Notes: generated by a model from the sequence alone, not told the origin. Positions 32,686-42,381 are shown, numbered from the stretch's first letter. The stretch is 64,000 bases of DNA from an uncultured Spirochaetota bacterium (GCA_963827275.1 CAWHAA010000009.1:1-64000), one strand, 5' to 3'. Numbers and translations are program-made.

Positions 32686-34179
32686 CTAGTAGAGTTCACG
32701 GTAGTCCTGCATGATGCCGTTTTTCAGCTCCTGTACCTCTTCCACCGCGGGGGTGAGATCGAGAATGTTTTTCTTCAAGGACTCGATGGTGAGCTTCTGG
32801 TCGTCTTCCGGCCGCCGGTTGGGGAAGAGCTTCCTCAGGAATTCAAGCACGCTCTGCAGAACGCCCTTGCGGGCCAGGATGGCGTCGCGCCGTTCCGGGT
32901 TCTGCCGTATCTCCTGGAACACCTGGCGGATGTTCAGCAGAAGTTCGATCTGCTGGAACGCCCCGGTTGCCTTGTAGTGCGTCATGGTCTGGTTGAAGGT
33001 GTCGAGATACAGGTCGACCTCGGATTTGTCCTTTGCCTTTACCGATATGTAGCTGTTGAGCGTGGTGAGGCAGAGGAACATCTCTTTCAGGTCGTCGGTC
33101 GTCACCTGGAACCGGTTGTTCAGGAGGGCCGAGGCACGGAGGAAGTCGCCCTGTTTCGCGATTTTCCGCGGTGACAGGAAATAGTTATAGTCGCTCTTGC
33201 GCATTTCGCTCATGAACTTGTCAATCAGCACGTTTTTCATGAAATAGATGAAGTCCGGCGTTTCGATCCTGATGGTGCGGTTCTTGTTCTTGATGATATC
33301 ATACAGGTAGAGTATCTGGTTGAAGAATATCTTTTGTTCGGGCTCCACCGGCTTTCCGCCGCTCATCGAGTAGGTGTGGTCGATGAGGAGCTGGTTGTAG
33401 ACGTTCGTGTTTTCAGGGATAATGGACTTGTAGGTAAAGCGGTCGAGCACCGCTTCGGTGACCTCGTTCATGCGCATGTAGTTCGCGGTGGCGATCGCGG
33501 TATGAACGGCGGTATCGATCTGCTCGGAGCCGTTGATGAATTTCCGCTCGTTCAGTACCGTGAGGAGCGACCGGAGCACCACGTCGCTGGCGTCGAAAAA
33601 TTCGTCCAGGAACACGAGGTTGGCCTCTATGATGGACCCCATGATGTTGTGGCGTATCCGTCCTTTTTTGAATTCTTCGATATTGTACGGGCCGAAATAG
33701 TTGTCCGGGGTCTGGTCCTTGCTGGCCTGCGACGAGAAGATCCGGGCGCCTTCGAAGGTGTTGAATATGTACTGGGCGAGATATGATTTCGCCATCCCGG
33801 TTCGCGACAAAAGCAGCATGTGCTCGCCGGTGAGGATGGCGAACATTGCCTGCCGGACGATTTCGCTGCGGCCGATGACATTTTCGCTGATGCGGTTCAT
33901 GTGCCAGTTCAGGTTTCCCACGATGGTGGGGATGTCGAATTCATCGGACCTGATGGTCGCGAGCTCGCTTTTCTGGTCGGGGATTTTTTCAACCGGAGCC
34001 GCGGGGGTGGCAATCTTTTCCCTGTCACTTTTTTTTGCAAGGAAGTTGAGGTAATCCCGCGCACGCTCGGATTGTTGTGTCGGCACCTGGTCCTGAAGCC
34101 CCTCGGGAAGCTTGGCCTGGTTGATTACATTGAAACCGTCTTCCTCGAGAATTTTCTGTATATCTTGTTGTTTGCTCAT
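32686..34179 (-). CDS. MoxR-family AAA+ ATPase (RavA-like)
   Basis: GEHMLL..RTGMAKS, FLDE, LLTVLNER, AVLDRF; adjacent to the VWA gene. Confidence 0.82.
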   Translation of the reverse strand: MSKQQDIQKILEEDGFNVINQAKLPEGLQDQVPTQQSERARDYLNFLAKKSDREKIATPAAPVEKIPDQKSELATIRSDEFDIPTIVGNLNWHMNRISENVIGRSEIVRQAMFAILTGEHMLLLSRTGMAKSYLAQYIFNTFEGARIFSSQASKDQTPDNYFGPYNIEEFKKGRIRHNIMGSIIEANLVFLDEFFDASDVVLRSLLTVLNERKFINGSEQIDTAVHTAIATANYMRMNEVTEAVLDRFTYKSIIPENTNVYNQLLIDHTYSMSGGKPVEPEQKIFFNQILYLYDIIKNKNRTIRIETPDFIYFMKNVLIDKFMSEMRKSDYNYFLSPRKIAKQGDFLRASALLNNRFQVTTDDLKEMFLCLTTLNSYISVKAKDKSEVDLYLDTFNQTMTHYKATGAFQQIELLLNIRQVFQEIRQNPERRDAILARKGVLQSVLEFLRKLFPNRRPEDDQKLTIESLKKNILDLTPAVEEVQELKNGIMQDYRELY

Positions 34180-34190
34180 CGCGGTGCCTT

Positions 34191-35810
34191 TCAGGATGTT
34201 TTTTCTACTACAGGCAGGACGATCCGGAAGGATGTGCCCTCGCCGGGGGCGCTCTTTACGCCGATAGAGCCGCCGAGGTTCTGGACGATGGCGGAGGCGA
34301 TCATCAGCCCGAGTCCCGTTGCCTGTTTTCCCTTTGTGGTGAAAAAGGGCTGAAATATTTTCTGGAGGTTTTCTTCGGGTATCCCGACGCCGGTATCAGC
34401 AATCGTCAATATCGCGAAAACGCCATCGTTTGATTTCTTGGTGATCACCGAGAGGCGGATTGATCCCTTGTTGGGCATCGCCTCTTCCGCGTTTTCGATG
34501 AACTGGATGAGAAGTTGCTGGAGCTGGTTCTGGTTCGCCCGCACGGCGGCCTCATCCCGGGTGGATTCCACCGTGATTTCAAAACCTTCACTCCTGAGGC
34601 GTTTGAGCATCACCTCGACCTGGTGGCTGGTGAGTATTTTGTTGAGGTCGCAGATGTCCTTTTCATCTTCGTCCGCCGAGGAGAGGCTTGTCAGTTGCTC
34701 GGTGATGTTTTTTATTCTTCCCAGCTCATGGTGAAGGGACACGATGTAGTCGCCCGAGGGGCTTCCTTCTTCAAGGTTGTTGTCGACGAAGTTAAGGTCC
34801 ATCACCATCTTGTTGATGCTGGCTTTAAGCTCCAGTGCCACGCCCGATGCGAGGATCCCGAGGGCGGACAGCTTTTCAGCTTCGAACACGCGGTTGGTGA
34901 TGACGGCCTGCTCGGTATGGTCTTCAACCATAAAAATGATTTTTTCAAAGTTGTTTGCCGAATCGGTCAGTGGGACCAGTGTCGCGTTGATTATCAGGTT
35001 GCGGCCGCTCGTCAGCGCGCGATACGGGATGTTGAAAGCCCTCACGGTTTTCTTTTCATTCTGGCAGTTCTCATATAGCTTCCCGAGTTCGCTGTCGGTG
35101 AAGCCTTTTTCGTTCAACAGGTTGACGCCGACGAGCGTGTCAGTCTGGCTGTGGCCCATTATCTGCTTCAGGGCCGGGTTTTCTGACATGACGATCCCGG
35201 ATGGATCCATTACGAATATCCCGACGGGCGCATGGTTGATGATGTCTTCGTTGAAGTCGCGGAGGCCCTTCAGCTCGGTTGCCTGCGCGAGCTGTTCCTT
35301 GACCTTTATCTCGAGTATCCGGCTGTACTCGTTGGCTTTTTTCTCTGCCAGGTGCTTGTCGGTGATATTTTTCATGATGCCAACAAGCCCGACGATTTCT
35401 CCCTCGTCTGACTTTATCGGCGATAAGCTCGCAGTCAGGTATATCTTCTGCCCCTTTTCGTTATAGGTCTTGAGTATTTCATTCCTGAAGGTCTTTCCAT
35501 TCTTGGTGACCTCATTGAATACAAAAGCGGCGCGGTCCTGCTCGATGCTCGGTATATTCCTGGAATAATGGCTGCCCATCTTGTTATCTTCTGAAGTGGG
35601 GAATAATTCTTTCCATGCTGAATTGATGTAGATAATATTACCCTGCTTGTCGATCACGAAGATAAGATCGGAGGCAGCTTCCAGGAGGGAATAATAATCG
35701 ATCTTTGTTCCCCCGATTTCTCCGGCGCTGCTCTTGTGTTTCTGATGGAGATCCTGAATTTTCCGGATCAGTTCATCTTTTGAGAGATTGTGCAGGTTCG
35801 TGGAATCCAT
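34191..35810 (-). CDS. Dual-PAS histidine kinase-like protein
   Basis: Two PAS domains; N, G1 (DTGVG), F (PFFTTK) and G2 (GLGL) boxes. Confidence 0.88.
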   Translation of the reverse strand: MDSTNLHNLSKDELIRKIQDLHQKHKSSAGEIGGTKIDYYSLLEAASDLIFVIDKQGNIIYINSAWKELFPTSEDNKMGSHYSRNIPSIEQDRAAFVFNEVTKNGKTFRNEILKTYNEKGQKIYLTASLSPIKSDEGEIVGLVGIMKNITDKHLAEKKANEYSRILEIKVKEQLAQATELKGLRDFNEDIINHAPVGIFVMDPSGIVMSENPALKQIMGHSQTDTLVGVNLLNEKGFTDSELGKLYENCQNEKKTVRAFNIPYRALTSGRNLIINATLVPLTDSANNFEKIIFMVEDHTEQAVITNRVFEAEKLSALGILASGVALELKASINKMVMDLNFVDNNLEEGSPSGDYIVSLHHELGRIKNITEQLTSLSSADEDEKDICDLNKILTSHQVEVMLKRLRSEGFEITVESTRDEAAVRANQNQLQQLLIQFIENAEEAMPNKGSIRLSVITKKSNDGVFAILTIADTGVGIPEENLQKIFQPFFTTKGKQATGLGLMIASAIVQNLGGSIGVKSAPGEGTSFRIVLPVVEKTS

Positions 35811-35830
35811 ATGGGGTAACAGGCGTGCGC

Positions 35831-36253
35831 CTATTTGTGTCCTTCCGGGGTTTTTGCCGCAAATTTAAGTTTTCTCTGGAGCTTGTTGGCGGTAATGAGG
35901 AACCATACCTCAACAAAAAGGCTCAATATCGTACCGAGAAGGAAAGAGCCGCCGAAGAATATCTGGTCCATCCCGAGAAAAAATAACCCGCCAAGAGCAA
36001 TGATGGCGAGAAATAGTATTTTGATAGGAAAAGAGGCAAGCGTTACAGTGAACATCACCATTATATTGGAGACGATCGCCTTTCTCGCAATGAAAATCCA
36101 TACCAACGAGAAGAACATGCTCAACATGGTACCGAGGAAGTAGCCCTTGAATTCCGGAAGGCTCCTGTTGAAATAGCAATAAACCGAAATCGCGATATTG
36201 AGGATTATTGGCAGGCAGATAAGAATGGTCGCTTTAATAAATATCTTTTTCAT
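35831..36253 (-). CDS. Hypothetical 4-TM membrane protein
   Basis: Four hydrophobic segments. Confidence 0.7.
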   Translation of the reverse strand: MKKIFIKATILICLPIILNIAISVYCYFNRSLPEFKGYFLGTMLSMFFSLVWIFIARKAIVSNIMVMFTVTLASFPIKILFLAIIALGGLFFLGMDQIFFGGSFLLGTILSLFVEVWFLITANKLQRKLKFAAKTPEGHK

Positions 36254-36319
36254 TGCTACTCTGTCATGGTTACGTTAAATTTTTAATAGTGCATCGAGAG
36301 AAAAAATATGAAGATATCT

Positions 36320-36363
36320 GCGGCAAGGGGAGGTCTGTCTGGTGCAGTCATCCCCTTGCCGCT
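36320..36363. terminator. Hairpin downstream of adk
   Basis: GCGGCAAGGGGA...TCCCCTTGCCGC stem. Confidence 0.5.
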
Positions 36364-36442
36364 AATTTCTATTTTATTACCACCACCCTTGCATGATTCC
36401 GGTGCGGTGTCAAGTCTATTTGTCTATGGACGCAGTCCTGCT

Positions 36443-37135
36443 TTATCCGAGCTTTTTCATCAGATCATCGCTGACTTCTTTCACGCCCGGTTTTCCGTCA
36501 AGTTCAATAATCCGGGGAACACCCTTGTTTTCCGTGGACAGCTTTTTAAAATAGCCCACCGCCGCAAGCGTGCCGGTTTTTGTGTTGTAGTAAATATCAT
36601 GACGCTTGCCGATAGCCGTCTCGTCCTGGTCGTCTGAACGGGCGGAAAGTTTGCCGCCGCATACCCGGCATACCATTTCGCCGTCTTTTTCGGCCGGCTT
36701 GATGGCGTCTATGAAAATATTATTGGGATGGTTGTTGTCGTTCGCGCAGAGCCTTCTTCCCATGATCCGGTTTTTCGCGATTTCCCGGTCAAGTAATATC
36801 TCTATAACGCAGTCGAGCTTTATCCCGGCTTTTTTGAGGGCTTCGTCAAGAGCCTTGGCCTGTTCGTCATTCCGGGGAAAGCCGTCAAGGAGCCATCCTT
36901 TTTTGCAGTCGTCCTTTTGGAGACGGTCAAGGATCATCGGGATGGTAATATCGTCGGGAACAAGGTCCCCGCGATCGATATATACTTTCGCCTTCTTGCC
37001 GAGTTCAGTGCCGCCTTTGATATTTTCCCTGAAAATAACGCCAGATTCGATATGCGTAACATTATACTTTTTTTGAACCACTGCGCCCTGTGTGCCTTTG
37101 CCGCTTCCATTGGGCCCAAATATAAGAATATTCAT
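36443..37135 (-). CDS. adk: Adenylate kinase
   Basis: GPNGSGKGT, GDLVPD, LDGFPR, LID domain, RSDD. Confidence 0.95.
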   Translation of the reverse strand: MNILIFGPNGSGKGTQGAVVQKKYNVTHIESGVIFRENIKGGTELGKKAKVYIDRGDLVPDDITIPMILDRLQKDDCKKGWLLDGFPRNDEQAKALDEALKKAGIKLDCVIEILLDREIAKNRIMGRRLCANDNNHPNNIFIDAIKPAEKDGEMVCRVCGGKLSARSDDQDETAIGKRHDIYYNTKTGTLAAVGYFKKLSTENKGVPRIIELDGKPGVKEVSDDLMKKLG

Positions 37136-37345
37136 GAAAACACCTCTTTTGATAATTTTTTACAGAATGAAAACTTGCTATATAAAAGTAAAGAAAGTTT
37201 TTCTATTAAATCCCTAAAATATTACACTAAATATGGCTTTTTTGGGAGGCTGTGCGGAAAAATTTTTTATGGATCAACTCAGGATTTTCGTTTCATTTCA
37301 TATCGCGACTGTCGCAATTTTGATTTTTTGCTGGTGTCGATTTTC

Positions 37346-37363
37346 AATCGATAGTTATCGGTA
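37346..37363. promoter_or_regulatory. Upstream copy of 18-bp inverted repeat (operator- or recombination-site-like)
   Basis: AATCGATAGTTATCGGTA, exact reverse complement of 37730-37747; next to extended -10-like TGTTATACT (37367-37375) and RBS AAGGAG (37384-37389). Confidence 0.75.
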
Positions 37364-37394
37364 TGCTGTTATACTATGTAATTAAGGAGATTGG

Positions 37395-37859
37395 ATGATG
37401 ATTGAGAGCACGATCAATATGCATGTTGAAATTCTCGGAAAGCTTACACAGGCAGCTCTTGTTACCGGTCAAAGCCGGCAGAAGATCATATCATTCATAT
37501 TGAAAAAGTTTGCCGATGAAACTCGGCTCCCGCTCTCGCCATGGTCAAGAATTAGATATCAGGGCCGGGATAGCAGGGATAACTGGCATAGGCTTCATGT
37601 TGCTTTGTCGCCGGCCGAATATGAGTTGTTGTTGGATTTGAAGAAGGCTTGTAAATTATCTGGTTCAAGGATTATTGCGTATGCGATAGAGAAGTATCTT
37701 TTTGATCTCTTGAACAATTTTACGGAAACTACCGATAACTATCGATTAAACAGTTATATCTTGTTGTATGGGTCGATCGATAATGTGGCTTACTGTGTCC
37801 AGTATTGGGGAATGCCCACACATCCCCCTGCATTTCCATCACGCCACTCCAATATCTGA
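37395..37859 (+). CDS. Orphan 154-aa putative DNA-binding protein (two ribbon-helix-helix-like segments, reminiscent of spirochaete DUF1564-like proteins)
   Basis: Good RBS; strand-helix-helix patterns at the N-terminus and at HRLHVAL...SRIIAYAIEKYL; lower GC than neighbours; family call is from recall. Confidence 0.7.
   Translation: MMIESTINMHVEILGKLTQAALVTGQSRQKIISFILKKFADETRLPLSPWSRIRYQGRDSRDNWHRLHVALSPAEYELLLDLKKACKLSGSRIIAYAIEKYLFDLLNNFTETTDNYRLNSYILLYGSIDNVAYCVQYWGMPTHPPAFPSRHSNI
37730..37747. repeat. Intragenic copy of 18-bp inverted repeat (encodes TDNYR)
   Basis: TACCGATAACTATCGATT. Confidence 0.85.
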
Positions 37860-38077
37860 ATAAAACCAGGCGGGTTTCTACGCATAGATGCAGATATGGA
37901 ATTTGCTTCAGTCAAACAGTCAATAAAAGACTTGCAATATAATTTACTCTGTGGCATTACGACTCAAGTGTTTTTAATACGTATATTTTCGCAGCCCGCA
38001 CGGGCGGTGAAAATTGCCGCTCAGTATATCGCAGCCGGGCGTTCCCGTTTTGCTGTTTCGTAAAATAGAAAGTATCA

Positions 38078-38764
38078 ATGGGCATTATTCAGAATTATAA
38101 CAGGATCCGGGACGAGATCGCGAAGACGGCCATATCCGTTGGAAGAAACCCCGGCGATATACGCATAATAGCCGTTAGTAAGACTTTCGTTGCGGCGGTC
38201 GTCCAGGAGGCGATCGACGAAGGAATCCGGGTTTTCGGCGAGAACAAGGTCCAGGAAGCGAAAAGAAAGATCCCGCAGCTCAAAGGGAGCTTTTCCTTTC
38301 ATATGGTGGGGCACCTTCAAACAAACAAGGCCCACGATGCGGTGAAGATTTTTGACCTTATTCATTCCATCGACAGGGCCGATACCGCTGAAAAGGTGGA
38401 CCTGGAATCAGGCCGTATCGGCAAGATACAGAAGGTCCTCGTGCAGGTGAATGCATCGGGGGAAGAGAGTAAAAGCGGGGTTGCTCCGGAATCAGCGCTC
38501 GCACTGGTTACGCGCGTGCTGGAACTTGAGCACCTGGAGCTCATGGGGCTTATGGCCATGGCGCCGTTTACCGATGACGCGGGCCCGGTGCGGAACGCAT
38601 TCAGGGAGACGCGGCGGTTGCTCGATGATATCAACAACTCCCTGGGGATTGACCTCCGCGAGCTTTCCATGGGGATGTCATCGGATTACCGGATTGCGGT
38701 AGAAGAGGGCGCGACACTGGTGAGAATAGGGACGGCGATTTTCGGAGACAGGAACCAGGAATGA
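38078..38764 (+). CDS. yggS: PLP homeostasis protein
   Basis: AVSK, FGENKVQE, GHLQTNK, LSMGMS.D, VRIGTAIFG. Confidence 0.95.
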   Translation: MGIIQNYNRIRDEIAKTAISVGRNPGDIRIIAVSKTFVAAVVQEAIDEGIRVFGENKVQEAKRKIPQLKGSFSFHMVGHLQTNKAHDAVKIFDLIHSIDRADTAEKVDLESGRIGKIQKVLVQVNASGEESKSGVAPESALALVTRVLELEHLELMGLMAMAPFTDDAGPVRNAFRETRRLLDDINNSLGIDLRELSMGMSSDYRIAVEEGATLVRIGTAIFGDRNQE

Positions 38765-39573
38765 CTGCGGGGAAAAAAACTATAGGCTGTATTGGCGCGG
38801 GCAACATGGGCGGGGCCATCCTGTCACGGTTGGCCGCGGGCATTGACCCGTCACTCATATTGGTGTATGATGCTGATGCCGACAAGGCAAAGAAATTGTC
38901 CCGCGCCACCGGGATAACGGTCGCGGCCACGGCGGAAGACCTGGCCCGCGCGTCGTCGATCATCATTGTCGCGGTGAAGCCTGATACTGTCGCGGCCGTC
39001 CTGGGCGCCATCAAGGGATCAATAGCCGCAGGATCGATTATCGTGTCCATCGCGGCGGGCATAACACTGGCCGCCATGGAGAGGATCATCGGCCCATCGG
39101 CGAAGCTCGTACGGGTTATGCCCAATACCCCGTCCCTGGTCGGCGAGGGAATGTCGGTGCTATCCCCGAACGCGAACGTTGATGGGGATTCACTAATTGA
39201 GGTGGAGCAGATATTTTCGAAGATCGGCAGGGCTATGGTGCTGCCGGAAAAACTGATGGATGCCGTTACCGGCCTGTCGGGCAGCGGCCCGGCGTACGTG
39301 TTCACCTTCATCCAGGCGCTGTCCGATGGCGGCGTCAAGCTGGGGATCCCGCGCGACAAGGCTCTTCTGCTTGCCGCGCAGACGGTGATGGGAGCGGCGA
39401 AATACGTGCTGGAGACCGGCGAGGACCCCATGTCTCTCCGGGGGAAGGTGACATCGCCCGGCGGGACCACCATTGAGGGCATCCATGTGCTCGAGCGGAG
39501 CGGTTTTGCCGGAATCGTCATGGACGCTGTCGAGCATGCCGCGCAAAAATCTCAACGACTTGGAGAAAAATAA
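38761..39573 (+). CDS. proC: Pyrroline-5-carboxylate reductase
   Basis: GAGNMG, RVMPN, SGSGPAY, SPGGTT. Confidence 0.95.
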   Translation: MTAGKKTIGCIGAGNMGGAILSRLAAGIDPSLILVYDADADKAKKLSRATGITVAATAEDLARASSIIIVAVKPDTVAAVLGAIKGSIAAGSIIVSIAAGITLAAMERIIGPSAKLVRVMPNTPSLVGEGMSVLSPNANVDGDSLIEVEQIFSKIGRAMVLPEKLMDAVTGLSGSGPAYVFTFIQALSDGGVKLGIPRDKALLLAAQTVMGAAKYVLETGEDPMSLRGKVTSPGGTTIEGIHVLERSGFAGIVMDAVEHAAQKSQRLGEK

Positions 39574-40550
39574 TGCTGCATTGGCCGCCTTTCAGCAGGT
39601 ATCAGGTCCGTCAGATCAAGACCTACGGGATTATCTTCTCCATCGCCCTTGTCGCTATCATCCTCCTCGGGAATTGCATCACCGCCCTGGTGCGCGACAG
39701 CGTGAAGGTTAAAAAAGGGAGTTACGCGGTCAAGGAGGGGTTCCCCCTCTTCATTGATCAGGCTGAATATATCAAAATGGTAAAGAATTATCCCTATGTC
39801 GCCGGCGTCAGGCTTATGACCCACCGGTTAGTCGGGGGTGAATCATACTGGGATGTCGCGTATCAAAATAATATTTCTGTCGATACCATTATCGCTGCAA
39901 ATCCATTCATTACCACGCTGGTCCCGAAAGACGGGATCGAAATTGTGGTGCCGGCCCAGGATGGCGTCCTGCTTGCCATCGATGACATCCTTGATGTGCG
40001 GCGGATGCGCAATCGACTCGGTTTTACCGGCGAGGTGAGGGGAGACTATCTTCCCACGCCGTTCAAGCTTATTTCAACCGATGACATACGCCTTGTTTTC
40101 TTCAAGGGATCGCGGCCCCTTCTCGTAAACAATGACCTTGAAAAGCTCTATCGCATAAAAAATATTTTCAGGTCACCGATCAAGGGCAATTTTACGTCCC
40201 TGTTCGGTAACCGCGAACATCCCTTCATGATGGACGGATCATTGCGTTATCACAATGGCGTCGATATCATATCTCCCTGGGGGACGCCCGTGCACCCCGC
40301 GCGGGACGGCATGGTCATATTCACCGGGTGGCGCGGGGGCTTCGGCAATACCGTTATGGTCCAGCACTATGAAGGCTACACCACGCTGTACGGGCATCTC
40401 GAATCGATCAGCGTAAAATGCGGGGATTGGATCACCAAGGACCGGCCCCTCGGCAGGGTGGGTTCTACCGGCTGGTCAACCGGGCCGCACCTGCACTTTA
40501 CGGTTATGAAGCACGGCCGCGACCTGGATCCGCTCCTGTTCATCTGGTAG
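39573..40550 (+). CDS. LysM/M23 metallopeptidase
   Basis: HNGVD, YGHL, GSTGWSTGPHLHF. Confidence 0.9.
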   Translation: MLHWPPFSRYQVRQIKTYGIIFSIALVAIILLGNCITALVRDSVKVKKGSYAVKEGFPLFIDQAEYIKMVKNYPYVAGVRLMTHRLVGGESYWDVAYQNNISVDTIIAANPFITTLVPKDGIEIVVPAQDGVLLAIDDILDVRRMRNRLGFTGEVRGDYLPTPFKLISTDDIRLVFFKGSRPLLVNNDLEKLYRIKNIFRSPIKGNFTSLFGNREHPFMMDGSLRYHNGVDIISPWGTPVHPARDGMVIFTGWRGGFGNTVMVQHYEGYTTLYGHLESISVKCGDWITKDRPLGRVGSTGWSTGPHLHFTVMKHGRDLDPLLFIW

Positions 40551-40557
40551 CCATTCG

Positions 40558-42192
40558 ATGCGCCTGGCCGGCATCTCCGCTCTCCTCTTCCTGCTGTCCT
40601 TTCCTGTCGCCTGTTGCGAATTCGCGCCCTGGCCGCTCATTTTTATCGCCCTGGTGCCGTTTTTTATATCGCTTGAACGGGCCGACACCTATGCGCGGTC
40701 ATTCACCGCCGGTGCTCTCTGGGGCGCCGTCATCTCGATCGGCATGGCATACTGGCTTGTCAATGCCATGATCGGGGAGTATGGCGCCTCTGTCCTTACC
40801 GCCGCCGTATTCATGGCGCTGGCATGCGTGCTCCCCCACGGCATCCTGTACGGCATGTTCGGGCTGATGTACCGCTTTTTAAAAAATTCCATCTTCAACC
40901 CGGAGAGACAGCTGCTGTTTTACGCGCTTGCTCTCCCTTCCCTCTGGATAATGCTCGAATATGTCCGCGAGATAGTCCCGGTGATGGTGCCCTGGGGCTC
41001 GCCTGGTTATGCGCTCCAGCCGTGGAACCTCTATATGCAGATGGCAGATATCGCCGGCCTGCACGGCATAACGTTTACCGTGCTAATCGTAAATGCCGTC
41101 ATCGCGTGCCTATGCAGGGACCTGGATTGGATCACGGCATGGCGGGATTTTTCAAAACCGGGCTTTTTCGGACGGGCAGGGACATATATATCACGCAGCC
41201 GTGCCCCCCTGATCCTCCTGCTGTGCGCTATCATTCTCCCCCTGTTGTATGGCGTTGTGCGCCGGCCCCAGGTCCGACAGATGGCTGAACGGGAACATGC
41301 CGCCGGGAAGGAACTGGTTGCGACGATAGTGCAGCCAAACTTCTCGCAGGACGAGCGATGGCAGGACGCCGGCTTCATGGACCGGGTCAATGTCTGCATG
41401 GGGCTGACCGGCAGGTGCGGCGCGCTCGCGGGCACCCGGAATGCCGCTTCCGGCACGGACGGGAACGATGCGGCGGAACGCGATGGTTTCGTGATATGGC
41501 CGGAGACGGTCCTCAATGCCGGGCGCATGGTGAATTCAGGGCTCTTTTCCTTCATAACGTCCCGCCTCTCAGGGTCACGCGTACTCGTTGCCGGCGGCAT
41601 ACGGCGGGAGATCGGCACCGGCGGAGTCTACAACAGCGCATATATTGTGTCGGGCAGGGAAGACGTTACTTTTTATGACAAGAATGTCCTCCTGCCGTAC
41701 TCGGAGACGGCGCCCTTCGGCCGGATATTCGGGGCATACTATACCGCCCCCTCGGAGTTCCTGCAGGGAGCCACGCCGCCGGCGGCCCGCACCGATGCGG
41801 GGATCATCGGCCTCTCGATTTGCTTTGAGGCGGTATATCCCTGGCATGTGCGGCGCTCGGTCCGCGACGGGGCCGGCCTGCTCGTCAATATCTCAAATGA
41901 CGGCTGGTTCGGAAGGACCTCTGAGCCGGTGATGCACCTCCGCCAGGCTTCCGTTCGCGCCATTGAAAACAGGCGCTTCATGGTGCGCGCTTCCAACAAC
42001 GGGTACTCGGCGATTATCACCCCCGCGGGTGAAGTCATCGCGAAATCACGACTGTTCACCAGGGAATGCATCAATGGCGGGATCGTCATGCTCCGGTCGA
42101 TGACGCCGTTTACGCTGCTGGGAGAATGGATCATCTACGCCGCGGCAGGTGTGCTTGTGGCGATGCTTGCGGTTTTCATCGTGAAAAAATAG
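40558..42192 (+). CDS. lnt: Apolipoprotein N-acyltransferase
   Basis: TM region; WPE, YDK..LLP, ICFE, SNDGWF, RAIEN. Confidence 0.92.
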   Translation: MRLAGISALLFLLSFPVACCEFAPWPLIFIALVPFFISLERADTYARSFTAGALWGAVISIGMAYWLVNAMIGEYGASVLTAAVFMALACVLPHGILYGMFGLMYRFLKNSIFNPERQLLFYALALPSLWIMLEYVREIVPVMVPWGSPGYALQPWNLYMQMADIAGLHGITFTVLIVNAVIACLCRDLDWITAWRDFSKPGFFGRAGTYISRSRAPLILLLCAIILPLLYGVVRRPQVRQMAEREHAAGKELVATIVQPNFSQDERWQDAGFMDRVNVCMGLTGRCGALAGTRNAASGTDGNDAAERDGFVIWPETVLNAGRMVNSGLFSFITSRLSGSRVLVAGGIRREIGTGGVYNSAYIVSGREDVTFYDKNVLLPYSETAPFGRIFGAYYTAPSEFLQGATPPAARTDAGIIGLSICFEAVYPWHVRRSVRDGAGLLVNISNDGWFGRTSEPVMHLRQASVRAIENRRFMVRASNNGYSAIITPAGEVIAKSRLFTRECINGGIVMLRSMTPFTLLGEWIIYAAAGVLVAMLAVFIVKK

Positions 42193-42299
42193 CGGATAGC
42201 TAATTATTGTGTTAATATCATAATCATAAATGACATTTTTTTGAATAAAAAAATCCGACTGGACGGTAAACTGGTGTTGGTAAAATTTAACTCGAATTG

Positions 42300-42381
42300 T
42301 TACTCTGACCCCCTGACCCCCGACTTTTTACTCTGACACCATATATCTGGCACCAAATTGCCTGTTATTTACTCTGACCCC
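42300..42381. repeat. Three copies of TTACTCTGAC(C/A)CC
   Basis: Copies at about 42300, 42328 and 42369 in an AT-rich intergenic region. Confidence 0.75.
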
